The notes below the pieces were generated by a model that saw nothing but the letters and a program-made list of their open reading frames with translations, was not told where the DNA came from and made no database searches. This document shows, piece after piece, positions 1 to 10,182 of a DNA stretch of 64,000 bases (positions are counted from its first letter, which is position 1; each line of letters begins with the position of its first letter). Origin of the DNA: Candidatus Eiseniibacteriota bacterium (GTDB taxonomy: Bacteria > Eisenbacteria > RBG-16-71-46 > CAZAMP01); contig OZ245046.1 in the NCBI GenBank assembly GCA_965224245.1, forward strand, positions 2,560,001 to 2,624,000. The letters run 5' to 3'. A program made the position numbers and the translations under genes.

Positions 1-2
1 AG

Positions 3-1742
3 GCTCGCGAAGTACGGTGCGGCGTTCATGACCGCGGGTGAGATCTCGACGCAGTGATTGACGGGTACGCCGTACGCCGAGAGCGACTGGTTGCTGATCC
101 CGACCCCGAACCCGAGCACGAGCGCGCGCTCGACCGACCGGTCCATCAGCATCATCGGAACGTGCACCAGGAGCTTGTGCACGACGCCGCGGTCGTCGAG
201 CACCGTGTTGTTGATCGCGAGCACCGGACGCTGAGCCCGTTCGCTGTCGTAGACGGCCACGGTCGTCTCGACACCTTCCTCGTAGTAGGTGAACGTCGCG
301 TCCAGCACGCGCTCCAGGAGCCGGTGGAAGTAGTTCGGCGATCCCGCCAGAATCGCGATCACGACGATGGTCGCGAGCCCCGCCACGGCCGACGTGGCGC
401 GAGCCCCCGTCCGCATGACGAGATAGGACCCCGACAGGACGCTCACCAGCCCGAACGCGACGATTGCGCCCTGGATGCCGATGGCGGGCAGCACGACGAA
501 CGCCGCCAGGAGGCTCCCGGCCACCGCACCGATCGTGTTGAGCGCGTACACGCGCCCGACCGCGCGGGCCACCGTGGACGTGTGCCCGGCCACGACGCGG
601 GCCACCAGCGGAAACGACGCGCCCATCAGGAGCGTGGCCGGCAGCATGAAGATCGCCGAGACCGCGTACGCGCGCCCGAGCATGCCCACGAGCCAGCGGC
701 TCTCGGCCTCGGGCGTCATCGCATCCACGAACGACGTCCCGACGAGCCCGAGGCCGATCGGCGTGAGCGCCGCGATCACGCCGATGAGGAGCTGGAACAC
801 GGCCAGGAGCCACGCCGGGCGACGGATCCGGGACACGAGCCCGCTCATGACCGCCGAGCCGACCGCCAGCCCCACCAGGTAGGTGGTGAGGATGACCGTG
901 AACGCGTAGATCGTGCTGGTGCTGAAGAGCACGATCGCGCGCGTCCACAGGAGCTCGAGCCCGAGCCCCACGAAGCCGTTCACCGCGTAGACGAACGTGA
1001 TTGCACCCAGGAGCCCCGCCGAGTCGCCCGCGTCGTCCGCATCGCCCACGTCGCCGGCCCGGCGCGCGTCGCCCTCGCCTCGAGCCGCGCTCGCGGGCGA
1101 CGGGGTCCCCCAGCGAGCCGACAGCGCCCAGGCCAGGGCGAACACGACGAGGTTCCCTCCCGCCGCCGCCCAGGTGGCGCGCTCGATCCCGAGCGCCCGG
1201 ATCAGGACGAAGCCGGTGACCGCGGTGCCGACGATGGCCCCGATCGTGTTCGCGGCGTAGAGCCCGCCGATCGACGCGCCTCGCGCCAGTGAGAACCCGG
1301 TCAGGTAGCGGCTCAGCACCGGGAGCGTGCCGCCCATCAGCGTCGTCGGCACGAGCAGCATCACGAAGCTCGCAACGAAGCCGAAGAGCCCGGACGAGAA
1401 CGCCGGGCCCAGCCCCGATTCGCCCGTGGCGGCCGCCGATGCGATGGCCCGGAACACGAACGGCAGCACGAGAGCCGCGGCGCCGATGCCGATCTCCATC
1501 AGCGCGTAGGCCCGGAGCGGCTGCGCGAATCGATCGCCGAGACGGCCGAACCACGCGCTCCCCAGGGCGAGGCCGGCCATGAACGCGCTGATGACGATCG
1601 AGATGGCGTAGACCGTGCTCCCGAGCGTCAGCGAGAGCACGCGGATCCACAGGATCTGGTAGACGAGCGAGGTGGCGCCGGACAGGAGGAAGATCGCGAG
1701 CAGCGCGAGCGTGCGGCCGGTGCCGATGCGGTTTTCCGTCAC
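3..1742 (-). CDS. Fused MFS-like membrane domain / spermidine synthase-like SAM-binding protein, 3' end beyond window edge
   Basis: Not in the ORF track; translated by hand from GTG 1742 with AGGAG RBS: ...IFLLSGATSLVYQILWIRVLSLTLGSTVYA...MGGTLPVL...LYAANTIGAIVG..., later ALVLGFGVG...CVEISPAV (SAM-binding motif). Confidence 0.85.
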   Translation of the reverse strand, partial: MTENRIGTGRTLALLAIFLLSGATSLVYQILWIRVLSLTLGSTVYAISIVISAFMAGLALGSAWFGRLGDRFAQPLRAYALMEIGIGAAALVLPFVFRAIASAAATGESGLGPAFSSGLFGFVASFVMLLVPTTLMGGTLPVLSRYLTGFSLARGASIGGLYAANTIGAIVGTAVTGFVLIRALGIERATWAAAGGNLVVFALAWALSARWGTPSPASAARGEGDARRAGDVGDADDAGDSAGLLGAITFVYAVNGFVGLGLELLWTRAIVLFSTSTIYAFTVILTTYLVGLAVGSAVMSGLVSRIRRPAWLLAVFQLLIGVIAALTPIGLGLVGTSFVDAMTPEAESRWLVGMLGRAYAVSAIFMLPATLLMGASFPLVARVVAGHTSTVARAVGRVYALNTIGAVAGSLLAAFVVLPAIGIQGAIVAFGLVSVLSGSYLVMRTGARATSAVAGLATIVVIAILAGSPNYFHRLLERVLDATFTYYEEGVETTVAVYDSERAQRPVLAINNTVLDDRGVVHKLLVHVPMMLMDRSVERALVLGFGVGISNQSLSAYGVPVNHCVEISPAVMNAAPYFAS

Positions 1743-1915
1743 CTGGTCTCCTCAATCCGCTGCGGACGTCCCTCGCGGCGGCCCGTCCGCCCCGATCGAG
1801 CGGCCGGTAGCGTAGCAGCTCCAAGACGTTCCGTCAGCGACCCGCCGCCCGGGGAGCCCCGGGGCACGGCTCGACCGCACGCCGGCACCCGAGAACGCCG
1901 GGACCGGACCGACGC

Positions 1916-3616
1916 TCAGTAGCTCCCGAGAATCGACAGGTGGACGCGTAGCTCCTCGTAGGACGTGATCTCGTCGTTGCCCGCGAGATCCACGCCGACG
2001 AGCCCGACCCGGCTCCGGACCCTCATCCCGACGCCGATCCCGATCTTCCAGCGATCGTCCCCGACACCGAGCGAGCGGTCCGGATCGAAGTAGCCGGTGT
2101 CCACGAACAGATGCACGCGCGAGGCTCCGGCGTCCAGGTAGCGACGCGCCTCGAGCGTGAGCACGCCACCGAGATCGGTGCGGAACCGCCCCTCCTCGAA
2201 GCCCCGCAGCGACGTGGCGCCCCCCACGCGAAACGCCGTCTCGGCGCGAATGCGCTGGCCGGGGGACTCGCGCAGGTAGCTCACTCCCTCCACGAACAGC
2301 GTGCGCGCACCCCACACGCGCTCGCCGCCGATTCGCGACTCGAGGGTGGTGACGTCGCGCGTGGCGCGTGTCCCGTCGCGCAGGCGATCCCGTTCGGTGC
2401 CGCGCGTGGCGGTGACGTCGACGAATGCGCCTCCACGACCGCGCACGACGTCCCGGCCGTTCCACCCGAAGCCGAATCGGTTCCCTCGACGTTCGGTCTC
2501 CTCTAGCTCACCGACCGGACGGGACGACTGCTCGACCTGCCACCCGGTCCGGAGCTCGACGCGTTCGGTGAGCGCGACGCTGACGTCCAGCCGCCAGTCG
2601 GTGCGCGTGTACAGCGTATCTTCCTGATCCTGGTGGAACCCCGCGTCCAGCGCGACGGGCCAGCCGGCGATCCAGGGCTCGCGATAGTCGATCTCGTACG
2701 TGGCGCGGCCCTGCCCGCGTCCCTCCCAGCGCGCGTGAAAGCGCCGGGCGGTTCCGAAGAGGTTGTCGAGGCGCACGTCGAAGAGCCCGGTCAGCTCGCG
2801 ATCCCGTCCGCCGACCCCCAGGATCCCGTGTATCGTCGTGAACGGCTTCTCGGTGACGGTGAGGGTCAGGATGCCGTCACGGACGGCGTCGCCGGGATCG
2901 CCGCCGACGAGGAGCGAGGGCGGGGCGACGTCCAGGAAGAGCCCCGAGCGCGCGAGGCGTTCGCGATAGAGCGGGATCAGCGACTCGCGATAGCGGGCCC
3001 CGGGCCGAAAGCGACAGAGCCGGTATACGGTGGACGGCCGCGTCACCTCGAGACCGTCCACGTGGAGCGAGTCGATCCGGACGACCGGCCCGGGGTCGAT
3101 GGCGACGCGGTACGACATCACCGACTCGTCGCGAACGAAGTCGGTGGCGGTGGCGCTCGCGAACGGAAAGCCGGCCTCGACCAGCGCGGCCACGTAGCCG
3201 CCGAGGCCGCGGTCGATCTCGTCGAACGTGGTCAGCTCGACCTCGAACCGTTCGGGCTCCACGGCTCGGGCCCACTCGGCGTCCGGCAGCCCGTCGATGC
3301 GCGGCGCCTGGATCCGGACCGGTGCGCCCGCGTCGATCGTGAGGACGAGGTCGTCGTCCTCACGCCGAAGCTCGAGGCGTGCGTCGAGGTAGCCCTCCAG
3401 CACCACACGCTCGGTCAGCCGCTCCAGACGACTCACGACGACGGCCGAATCGGCGATCCCGCGCTCGGTGACGCCCAGGAGCGCGTCCAGCTCGTCCACC
3501 GGGACCACGAGATCACCCCGGTAGACGAGCCCGCCGGCCACGGCGGGAGCGGACGCCCCCACGAGGCCGACCACCGCGGCCAGGGCGACGCCCGCGACGG
3601 CGGCGCGCCTGGCCAC
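1916..3616 (-). CDS. BamA/TamA (Omp85) family outer membrane protein with POTRA domains
   Basis: Signal peptide, POTRA-like GPVVRIDSLHVDGLEVTR and RERLARSGLF, barrel NLFGTARR, VGGATSLRGFEE (VRGF-like motif), IGIGVGMRV. Start GTG 3616 after GGAGAG. Confidence 0.85.
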   Translation of the reverse strand: MARRAAVAGVALAAVVGLVGASAPAVAGGLVYRGDLVVPVDELDALLGVTERGIADSAVVVSRLERLTERVVLEGYLDARLELRREDDDLVLTIDAGAPVRIQAPRIDGLPDAEWARAVEPERFEVELTTFDEIDRGLGGYVAALVEAGFPFASATATDFVRDESVMSYRVAIDPGPVVRIDSLHVDGLEVTRPSTVYRLCRFRPGARYRESLIPLYRERLARSGLFLDVAPPSLLVGGDPGDAVRDGILTLTVTEKPFTTIHGILGVGGRDRELTGLFDVRLDNLFGTARRFHARWEGRGQGRATYEIDYREPWIAGWPVALDAGFHQDQEDTLYTRTDWRLDVSVALTERVELRTGWQVEQSSRPVGELEETERRGNRFGFGWNGRDVVRGRGGAFVDVTATRGTERDRLRDGTRATRDVTTLESRIGGERVWGARTLFVEGVSYLRESPGQRIRAETAFRVGGATSLRGFEEGRFRTDLGGVLTLEARRYLDAGASRVHLFVDTGYFDPDRSLGVGDDRWKIGIGVGMRVRSRVGLVGVDLAGNDEITSYEELRVHLSILGSY

Positions 3617-3659
3617 CTCTCCGTTTACGCCGCGACCGACGCGGCGCGTCGTCGGCACA

Positions 3660-6600
3660 TCAGAAGTACGCACGTAGCTCCATCCGTCCATCGTATCTCG
3701 TGCTCGCCCCTCGCGGGCGCGCGGCCCGGAGCGTTCCCGCGAGGGTCAGGTACTCGCGAAGGCGGACGTCCGCCACCGCGGACCACTCGACTCCGCTGGC
3801 GTTCGCCAGCCCGAACGCGAACGTGGGGTACACGCGGTCGAGGCGGTCTCGGACCTCCACCCAGGTCACGCTGAGCTGGATCCGTCCCCACCGCGACGGG
3901 GTCACGTTGACCGTGGGCGTCAGCGTGACGCGGGTCTCGCGCCCGTCGCGCCCGGGCGACTCGGTGCCACCCCACGACGCGCCGAGCGAGACCCGCCACA
4001 GGCTCGTCGGCTGATAGACGCTCTCCCCCTCCAGCCGGGTCGTGTCGAACACCTCCTCGGACGTGGCCGACGACGTCGAGTCGCTCACGGTCACGACGTC
4101 GGCGTTGCGCTCGTACACGCCGTCCAGCCCGAACGACCACCGCTCGCGGGGAACGGCCCGTACCCCGGCGGTCACGACGTCCTGCTCCCTCCACTCGGCC
4201 ACGTTCTCGAATCGGCCGTCGAAGCTCCGGTAGCGCTCCCAGCGCCCGCGCGGCGAGAAGCGCTCGGCCGGAAGGAACGTCAGCTCGTGCCGCATCGTCG
4301 AGGCGGACGTCGCGCTGTTCGGTCCGGTGGCGTAGAGATCGCCGGAGAGCGGGTTGATCAGGCGGGAGAACGGGAGATCGGTGGTCTGGTCGACGCGGAC
4401 GAAGCTCGTCACGCGCACCTGGCGCATCAGGAACGAGGCATCGGGTTCGTTTCGTCCCGCGAACGAGGCACGCACGGCCAGATCCAGCCGGGAGAGCAGC
4501 TCCTCCTCGTCGGCCTCGGTGATGGCGACGTCGTAGTCGCCGGTGCCCACGAAGATACCGAACATGTCGTAGTTCCCCGTGCCGGGCGCGACCGGGGTGA
4601 TGGTCTTGATGCGCGGGCGGAACGCCTCGGTCGTCACCCGGTAGTCGACGCGCGCGCGAAACGCCCCCTGCCAGGGCTCGGCGTCTAGCGCGAGACGCGC
4701 GAGGTCGGTGGAGCCGCCGGCGGCCGCGCCGGTCGCGTCGACGCGCCGGTGCCGGTACTCGAGCTGCCCGCCCACGAACGACCAGCGGGTCAGCGAGAGC
4801 TGCGTGCCGGTCTCGCGCGTGGTCCGCTCGCGCGCCCAGTCGCGCGACGGGCGGTCCGGCGCGCCGCGGGTGTCGTCTCGACGTTCGGAGACGTCGACGT
4901 CGAGCCGGAGGGGACCGGTCGGCGCGACCCCGAGGAGCGCCCGGAGCTCCACGAACCGCGAGCCGGTCGACGTGGTGTCGGTCTCCGCATCGGTACGCTC
5001 GTGGCGAAGTCGCAGCTCGGGGCGAAGGGCGCGCCAGCGGTAGCGCGTGCTCGCCCTGGCCACGTCGCGCCGGCCGCTCGTGCCCGCCTCGGGCCGGCGC
5101 GACCACGTCCGGCGCACATCGGCATCGCCGGAGAGCCGGCCCGCACGTCGAACACTGGCCGATACCCGCTCGGCGTCGAACGCACGCCCGCTGCGCAGGC
5201 GCGCGGCCTCGACCGACAGCGCACTGCCGTCTCCCGCGTCCACCTCGATCGCGGCCGATGCCCGGTCGTCCCCGTCGGTGAGTCCCGTGGGGTCGTAGTT
5301 CCAGTCCAGGTAGTCGAACGAGTCGTTGATCCGGGAGAACGCTTCGAAGTCCCTCGAGATCGAGCGCCACTTCCCGCGCAATCGCACGCCGCCCGCGTCG
5401 TCCGCCCACGTCGGCCCGTGGAGCACCATCTCCGCCCGGCCGGCGAGGCCGTCGTTGTCGCCGTCGTCACGCGCGGAGAACGTGTTCTCGTCGACGCGGC
5501 TCGCGGCCAGCTCGCTGGAGAGCGTGAGCCGGGGCAGCGTCCAGCCCAGCTCGAGATCCACGAGATCGTGCGACCGGGGACTGTCGAGCCGCCGGCCGGG
5601 CTCGAAGTCGCCCACGCCCTCCCCACGGAACAGGTAGGCCACCGATCCATCGGCGAGCGTGGAATCGACGTACGCCCCGAGCCCGTCGCCCACGCGCACG
5701 AAGCTCACCAGGAGGTTCCCGTTCTGCTCGAAGCCGACCCACTGGAAGTGCCGGGGCGCCTCCGCGTCCGCGGCCACCTCGACGTAGTCGCCCTCACCCA
5801 CCGCGACCTCTCGCACCGCGAACGCCTCGCCGATCGGCTCCTCGTCGCCGAGCGAGGCCAGGAGGTCCTTCTCGTCGTCGTCCAGCGTGAAGCCGCGCGG
5901 CGCGTCCCGATCGTCGGTCTCGGACGCGGCGAAGGCGCGTATCGAGAAGACGTCGCCCGATCGGTAGCCGGCGCGCCCCGCGGCGAAGCCCCGGCGGTAG
6001 CTCTCGGTCTCCACCTCGAAGTCCACGGTGATTCGCGAGTCGAACGTGACCGCGCGACGGGGCATGAACGTGAGCTCGCCGAGCTCGTAGTCGATCACGT
6101 AGTCACGGCTCTCACCCCGCGAGAGCCGCTCGCCGTCCAGGACGACCTCCTCGGAGCCGGGCACGATCGTCACGATCGTGCCCCCGGCCAGGTCTCCGAT
6201 CCGGTAGGGCCCCTGTCGCCCCTCGATGCCGAAGAACTCGACGCTGCGGAACTCGCCGCGTGCGTTCGCAACCACCCCGAGGACGTCGGTGCGCTCGCCG
6301 GTCCGCTCGACCTCGGCCCCCTCGAGGCGGCGCTCGTAGCGGGCGAACTGACCGTCGGTCTGGGAGACCTCGATGTCGCCGAACGTCGCTCGTGCGTTTC
6401 GCGTCTCCAGCTGCACCAGGACCTTGTCGAGCTCCTCGAGCTCGCTCGACGTGCCCTCGGGGGTCACCGGCGAGTCGCGATCGCTGAGCACCGCCTGGAT
6501 GCTCACCTCGGGAGACAGCCGACCGCGGATGGAGAGATCCAGGCTCTGGCGGAGCGCGGCGTCACCATTGGACGCCACCTCCACCGCGAACGTCTTGCTT

Positions 6601-7160
6601 CCCCCGACGACGAGCCTCGCGCCGTCGTCGGCGTCGTCGATCGGCGTGACGTCCGCGCCGATCGGGACGTCCCGTCCATCGGCGCTCACCGGCTCGTGCA
6701 GACGCGCGTGAAGGCTGCTGGAGAGGGGAAGGTACCGGTAGCGAATCTCGAGTCGGAGCGTGTCGCTCGGCGCGACGCGGAGCTCGATGCACCCGCTCCG
6801 CTCGTCGGGAACGTAGTCGACGCCGGGCAGGAGCTCCCCGTCCGGGCTGCGTACCGAGAACGTTCCCAGGAACACCGGCGTTCGCGTCACGCAGGCGCGG
6901 CGCTGGCCGGGCGCGAGGGTGATGGTGTCGCGACCGTCGCCGACCCGGTGCTCCCAGATCAGCGTCGAGCCCGAGGTGTCGGGAGGCGCCGCGCGTTCGG
7001 ACGTCCGGGGCTCAGTCTCGGCGAGTGGGCTCGCCGTCGCCGGCGTCCGAGCGCCGACGAGCGCGAGCGCGAGACCCGCGAGGAGGACGCCGGCGATCCG
7101 GGTCGCGGCTCGCCTCGGGTTCGGCCGGCCGCTCGTCGGACGAGCGTCGTGCGCGTCCAT
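3660..7160 (-). CDS. Large (1166 aa) putative outer membrane beta-barrel protein with SprA-like DY-x-x-D-x3-G motifs
   Basis: Signal peptide, long amphipathic beta-strand-rich C-terminal half, terminal Phe (MELRAYF); motifs LLPGVDYVPDERSGCIEL and LSRGESRDYVIDYELGELTF. Confidence 0.65.
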   Translation of the reverse strand: MDAHDARPTSGRPNPRRAATRIAGVLLAGLALALVGARTPATASPLAETEPRTSERAAPPDTSGSTLIWEHRVGDGRDTITLAPGQRRACVTRTPVFLGTFSVRSPDGELLPGVDYVPDERSGCIELRVAPSDTLRLEIRYRYLPLSSSLHARLHEPVSADGRDVPIGADVTPIDDADDGARLVVGGSKTFAVEVASNGDAALRQSLDLSIRGRLSPEVSIQAVLSDRDSPVTPEGTSSELEELDKVLVQLETRNARATFGDIEVSQTDGQFARYERRLEGAEVERTGERTDVLGVVANARGEFRSVEFFGIEGRQGPYRIGDLAGGTIVTIVPGSEEVVLDGERLSRGESRDYVIDYELGELTFMPRRAVTFDSRITVDFEVETESYRRGFAAGRAGYRSGDVFSIRAFAASETDDRDAPRGFTLDDDEKDLLASLGDEEPIGEAFAVREVAVGEGDYVEVAADAEAPRHFQWVGFEQNGNLLVSFVRVGDGLGAYVDSTLADGSVAYLFRGEGVGDFEPGRRLDSPRSHDLVDLELGWTLPRLTLSSELAASRVDENTFSARDDGDNDGLAGRAEMVLHGPTWADDAGGVRLRGKWRSISRDFEAFSRINDSFDYLDWNYDPTGLTDGDDRASAAIEVDAGDGSALSVEAARLRSGRAFDAERVSASVRRAGRLSGDADVRRTWSRRPEAGTSGRRDVARASTRYRWRALRPELRLRHERTDAETDTTSTGSRFVELRALLGVAPTGPLRLDVDVSERRDDTRGAPDRPSRDWARERTTRETGTQLSLTRWSFVGGQLEYRHRRVDATGAAAGGSTDLARLALDAEPWQGAFRARVDYRVTTEAFRPRIKTITPVAPGTGNYDMFGIFVGTGDYDVAITEADEEELLSRLDLAVRASFAGRNEPDASFLMRQVRVTSFVRVDQTTDLPFSRLINPLSGDLYATGPNSATSASTMRHELTFLPAERFSPRGRWERYRSFDGRFENVAEWREQDVVTAGVRAVPRERWSFGLDGVYERNADVVTVSDSTSSATSEEVFDTTRLEGESVYQPTSLWRVSLGASWGGTESPGRDGRETRVTLTPTVNVTPSRWGRIQLSVTWVEVRDRLDRVYPTFAFGLANASGVEWSAVADVRLREYLTLAGTLRAARPRGASTRYDGRMELRAYF

Positions 7161-8176
7161 CAGCGCGCCCCGGCGTCTCTCGCGGCCTTTCGGTCCACGG
7201 CGACCACGCGCCGGGACTCGGCGTCGACGCCGAACAGGCGACCTCCGGGATGCTCGACGATGCGAACCGGGACCGTCCCCGGCCAGCGACCGACGCGGGT
7301 GACGACCTCGGTCAGCTCGACGAGCACGCCGTCGTCACCGACCGCGACGGCGCCGAGGCGCGACCCCCCGACCGCCACCGGCTTCGCGCCGCCCGGCAGC
7401 GTGAACGATCGGCGCTCGGCGCCCAGCCCGTCGAACTTCGAGATCCGCGCGTTCCCGGCGTCGAGCACGAACACGTGACCGCCCGCGCTGGTGGCCAGCG
7501 CCGTGGGATTCCGCAATCGGCCCGCCGACGATCCGAGACCGCCGAAGACGCGAAGGCGTTGCCCGAAGACGTCCATCACGAGCACCGAGTGGTGATTGCC
7601 GTCGGACACGAACACGAGCCCGGACGTGTCGGTGGCGATGTCGGTGGGATCGACCGATCCCAGGCGATCGGCGGCCAGATCGAAGTCGACCACGTCGCCG
7701 ACGGTGTTTCCGAAGCTGTCCAGTCGCACGATCAGTCGCTCGTCCGGGTCCAGGAGCAGCACGGTGAGGCCCGTGACCGCGATCGCCCGGGGCTGGAAGA
7801 ACGGATGCACGTCGCCCCCCGACACGGACCAGGCATCGATCGCGCGGCCCTCGGCCGAGAAGAGCAAGAGCTCGGTACCCCGGGAGTCGAGCACGAGGAG
7901 CCGATCGCTGGGATCGATGGCGACGTCGATCGGGTCGCGGACTCCGGACGTGGCGTCCAGCACGAAGGCGATGGTGAGGGTGCCGGTCGCACGCCCGGCC
8001 GCGGCACGCTCGCCGTCCGGCGGCGTCCGGGGCTCGGTCGCGTCGGGATCGCCGAGCCGGGTCTCGATCGTGCCCCTCGGCGCGCGCGCGCAGGCGAGCA
8101 CCGTGACCCCGAGCGCGATCAAGAGGGTCGACCGGCAGGTGGCCCGGAGCGATCGCCGGCACGAGGGGGCGCTCAC
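7160..8176 (-). CDS. NHL-repeat beta-propeller protein, possible lipoprotein
   Basis: Repeats DPIDVAIDPSDRLLVLD, QPRAIAV, DPTDIATDTSGLVFVSD, NPTALATSAGGHVFVLDAGNARI; VTVLAC lipobox-like; stop overlaps next start. Start uncertain. Confidence 0.8.
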   Translation of the reverse strand: MSAPSCRRSLRATCRSTLLIALGVTVLACARAPRGTIETRLGDPDATEPRTPPDGERAAAGRATGTLTIAFVLDATSGVRDPIDVAIDPSDRLLVLDSRGTELLLFSAEGRAIDAWSVSGGDVHPFFQPRAIAVTGLTVLLLDPDERLIVRLDSFGNTVGDVVDFDLAADRLGSVDPTDIATDTSGLVFVSDGNHHSVLVMDVFGQRLRVFGGLGSSAGRLRNPTALATSAGGHVFVLDAGNARISKFDGLGAERRSFTLPGGAKPVAVGGSRLGAVAVGDDGVLVELTEVVTRVGRWPGTVPVRIVEHPGGRLFGVDAESRRVVAVDRKAARDAGAR

Positions 8177-8192
8177 CGCGGGCCTCGCGGGC

Positions 8193-8981
8193 TCAGAAGC
8201 GCGCGGTCCAGGCAACCGTCGGCATGAGCTCACCGGCATTCCCCGGCCGGAACCCCAGCGAGAGCGAGGGCTCGCGATGCGAGGGCACCGCGCGGGCCGC
8301 GTGAACGACGGCGATCGCGCGGTTCAGGAGCGCGAACCCGATCATCAGCTCGGCCCGCTGGTCGGAGTCCTCGGACGCGGACACCAGCGAGCGAAAGCGA
8401 CGGCGCCGCTCGGTGCTGGGCCAGCGCCACTGCTGCTCCTCGGGGTACAGCTCCTCGTCGGGGCTGCCCTCGTCGCTCCGGATCGCGATGACGCGGTACT
8501 CCTCGTACGAGTCGTACTTGCCCATGTTCGTGTAGTACGTGGAGTCGTGCCCCTCGGCGTCGGCGACGCCGCCCCACCGCTCGGCGAAGTCCACGTACCG
8601 GTCCTCGCGCATGTCGGCCTGGATCCGGAAGCCGGCGAACGAGGCCCAGATCGCGGCCTCGGCGCCCAGGAACCCGTAGCCCCAGGCCGTGTGTCCCGCG
8701 TTGATCTGACCGAGGCCCGGCAGCACCAGCGAGAGAAGCATCGCCTTGACGCGCGGGCTCATGCCCCCGCCCCCGTCTCCGGAGGTCGCGTCGAGCGACA
8801 CGCGCGTGCCGGCATCGGACGCGAGCGGCTCGACGCCGAGCGAGACGCCATCCAGCACGCTGGGCGCGGACGCCCCCCGGTACGGGGACGCGTTCCGGGG
8901 CCCGGAAGCCTCGGCCGCGTGGAGCGGAAGCCCCACGGCGACCAGCGCCACGGTCAGTCGGCAGAGCGAACGGAGTCGCAT
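8193..8981 (-). CDS. DUF5683-like exported/membrane protein (paralog 2)
   Basis: Signal peptide, KAMLLSLVLPGLGQ motif, YYTNMGKYD, terminal Phe. Confidence 0.65.
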   Translation of the reverse strand: MRLRSLCRLTVALVAVGLPLHAAEASGPRNASPYRGASAPSVLDGVSLGVEPLASDAGTRVSLDATSGDGGGGMSPRVKAMLLSLVLPGLGQINAGHTAWGYGFLGAEAAIWASFAGFRIQADMREDRYVDFAERWGGVADAEGHDSTYYTNMGKYDSYEEYRVIAIRSDEGSPDEELYPEEQQWRWPSTERRRRFRSLVSASEDSDQRAELMIGFALLNRAIAVVHAARAVPSHREPSLSLGFRPGNAGELMPTVAWTARF

Positions 8982-8999
8982 CGATCACCTCTCTCCACG

Positions 9000-9974
9000 T
9001 CAGAACAGCTGTCGTCGATAGACGAGGTTGGCCCGGAGTCCACCGTCGACGTCGGGCTCGAAATCCAGGCGCAGGTCGCTGTCGGCGGCCTCGATCCGCT
9101 TGTTGTGGCCCTTCGCCTGGAAGAAGGCGTGGACGCTCGAGACGAGGTGGTTCAGCAGGATGACCTGCTTCATGCTGCGCGATTGCTGCAAGAGATCGTT
9201 GGCCTCGGCGCGCATGCTTCGATAGCGGGTGCGAAGCTCGGGGCTGAACCAGCCGCACTGGTACTTGTCGTACTTGCCGATGTCCTCGTAGAACTCCCGG
9301 GGGTTGTGGAAGTAGAAGTCGACGAGCATCGAGTCGGTCTCGGCGTTGGCGCGCTCGACGAGAACGCAGCCCTCGGGCACGTCCTCACCCCGGTACGCGG
9401 CGCGCCAGCGCTCCCAGGACCAGTTGCCTTCCTCGCGGAGGATCTCGTTGAGCGGTGCGCCCTCGGTGTCGTCGAGCTTGCCCTGCCAGGCGAACTGCTC
9501 GAACTCCTCGGTCTTCTCGTCGCCGTCCTGCTCCCATGCGGAACGGAGGTACCACGAGAGCACCTCGACGCCGGCGTAGACGAACGAGAGCAGGTTGCCG
9601 CGATTGACGTAGAACTGACCGGCGCCCGGAAGGGCGGCGCTGAGCCCCATCGCGAGCCAGGGGCTGCGCGGGCTCTCGGGCTCGTCCTCCTCGGCTGTCT
9701 TCTTCTCGTCGTCCGGCGACTTCTTGCCGTCGCCGATGACGCGCTGGGCCAGGAGCGCGTCGACGTCCAGCAGATGTTCGTTCGCGTACAGGACGTGTCC
9801 GGCGCCGGATGCCGGCACCCGACCGTCGGCCGGGGCGTCGAGGATCGAGGCCCGGCCGGAGCCGAGGACGGGACGGGTCAGGGGATCCGGATCGTGCACC
9901 GAGGCGGGGGAGCTCGACGGGACCACGAGGGACGCTGTCACACAACCGGCCAACACGAGGCTCGCTCGCACCAT
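9000..9974 (-). CDS. DUF5683-like exported/membrane protein (paralog 1)
   Basis: Signal peptide, SPWLAMGLSAALPGAGQFY motif, FYEDIGKYDKY, terminal Phe; GGAG RBS upstream. Confidence 0.65.
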   Translation of the reverse strand: MVRASLVLAGCVTASLVVPSSSPASVHDPDPLTRPVLGSGRASILDAPADGRVPASGAGHVLYANEHLLDVDALLAQRVIGDGKKSPDDEKKTAEEDEPESPRSPWLAMGLSAALPGAGQFYVNRGNLLSFVYAGVEVLSWYLRSAWEQDGDEKTEEFEQFAWQGKLDDTEGAPLNEILREEGNWSWERWRAAYRGEDVPEGCVLVERANAETDSMLVDFYFHNPREFYEDIGKYDKYQCGWFSPELRTRYRSMRAEANDLLQQSRSMKQVILLNHLVSSVHAFFQAKGHNKRIEAADSDLRLDFEPDVDGGLRANLVYRRQLF

Positions 9975-10182
9975 CACGACTCCCACTCCGCGCGTCCTCC
10001 CGCGCGGCATCTCGGCGTTTCGCACCGCGTGACCGCACGCCGCCGTGTCGCGCGTCGAGACACGACACGGCTCACGACGCGTGCGCGGCGGCACCTGCAC
10101 TCCATACCACGTCCGGGGTCAGTCGGCGAGGGTCGGATCTCGGGGATCGCGGGCGACGCCGGGCGCCACCCGCTCGACAGAG

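Noticed and set aside
54-1292. 412-aa plus-strand ORF and the many other long Arg/Gly/Pro-rich ORFs (e.g. 4749-7478, 7596-10265, 11306-13852, 35416-39015)
   Set aside because: Antisense or alternate-frame shadows of motif-bearing genes, expected at this GC content.
3660-7160. Calling the gene sprA
   Set aside because: About half the length of SprA and only short motif similarity from memory.
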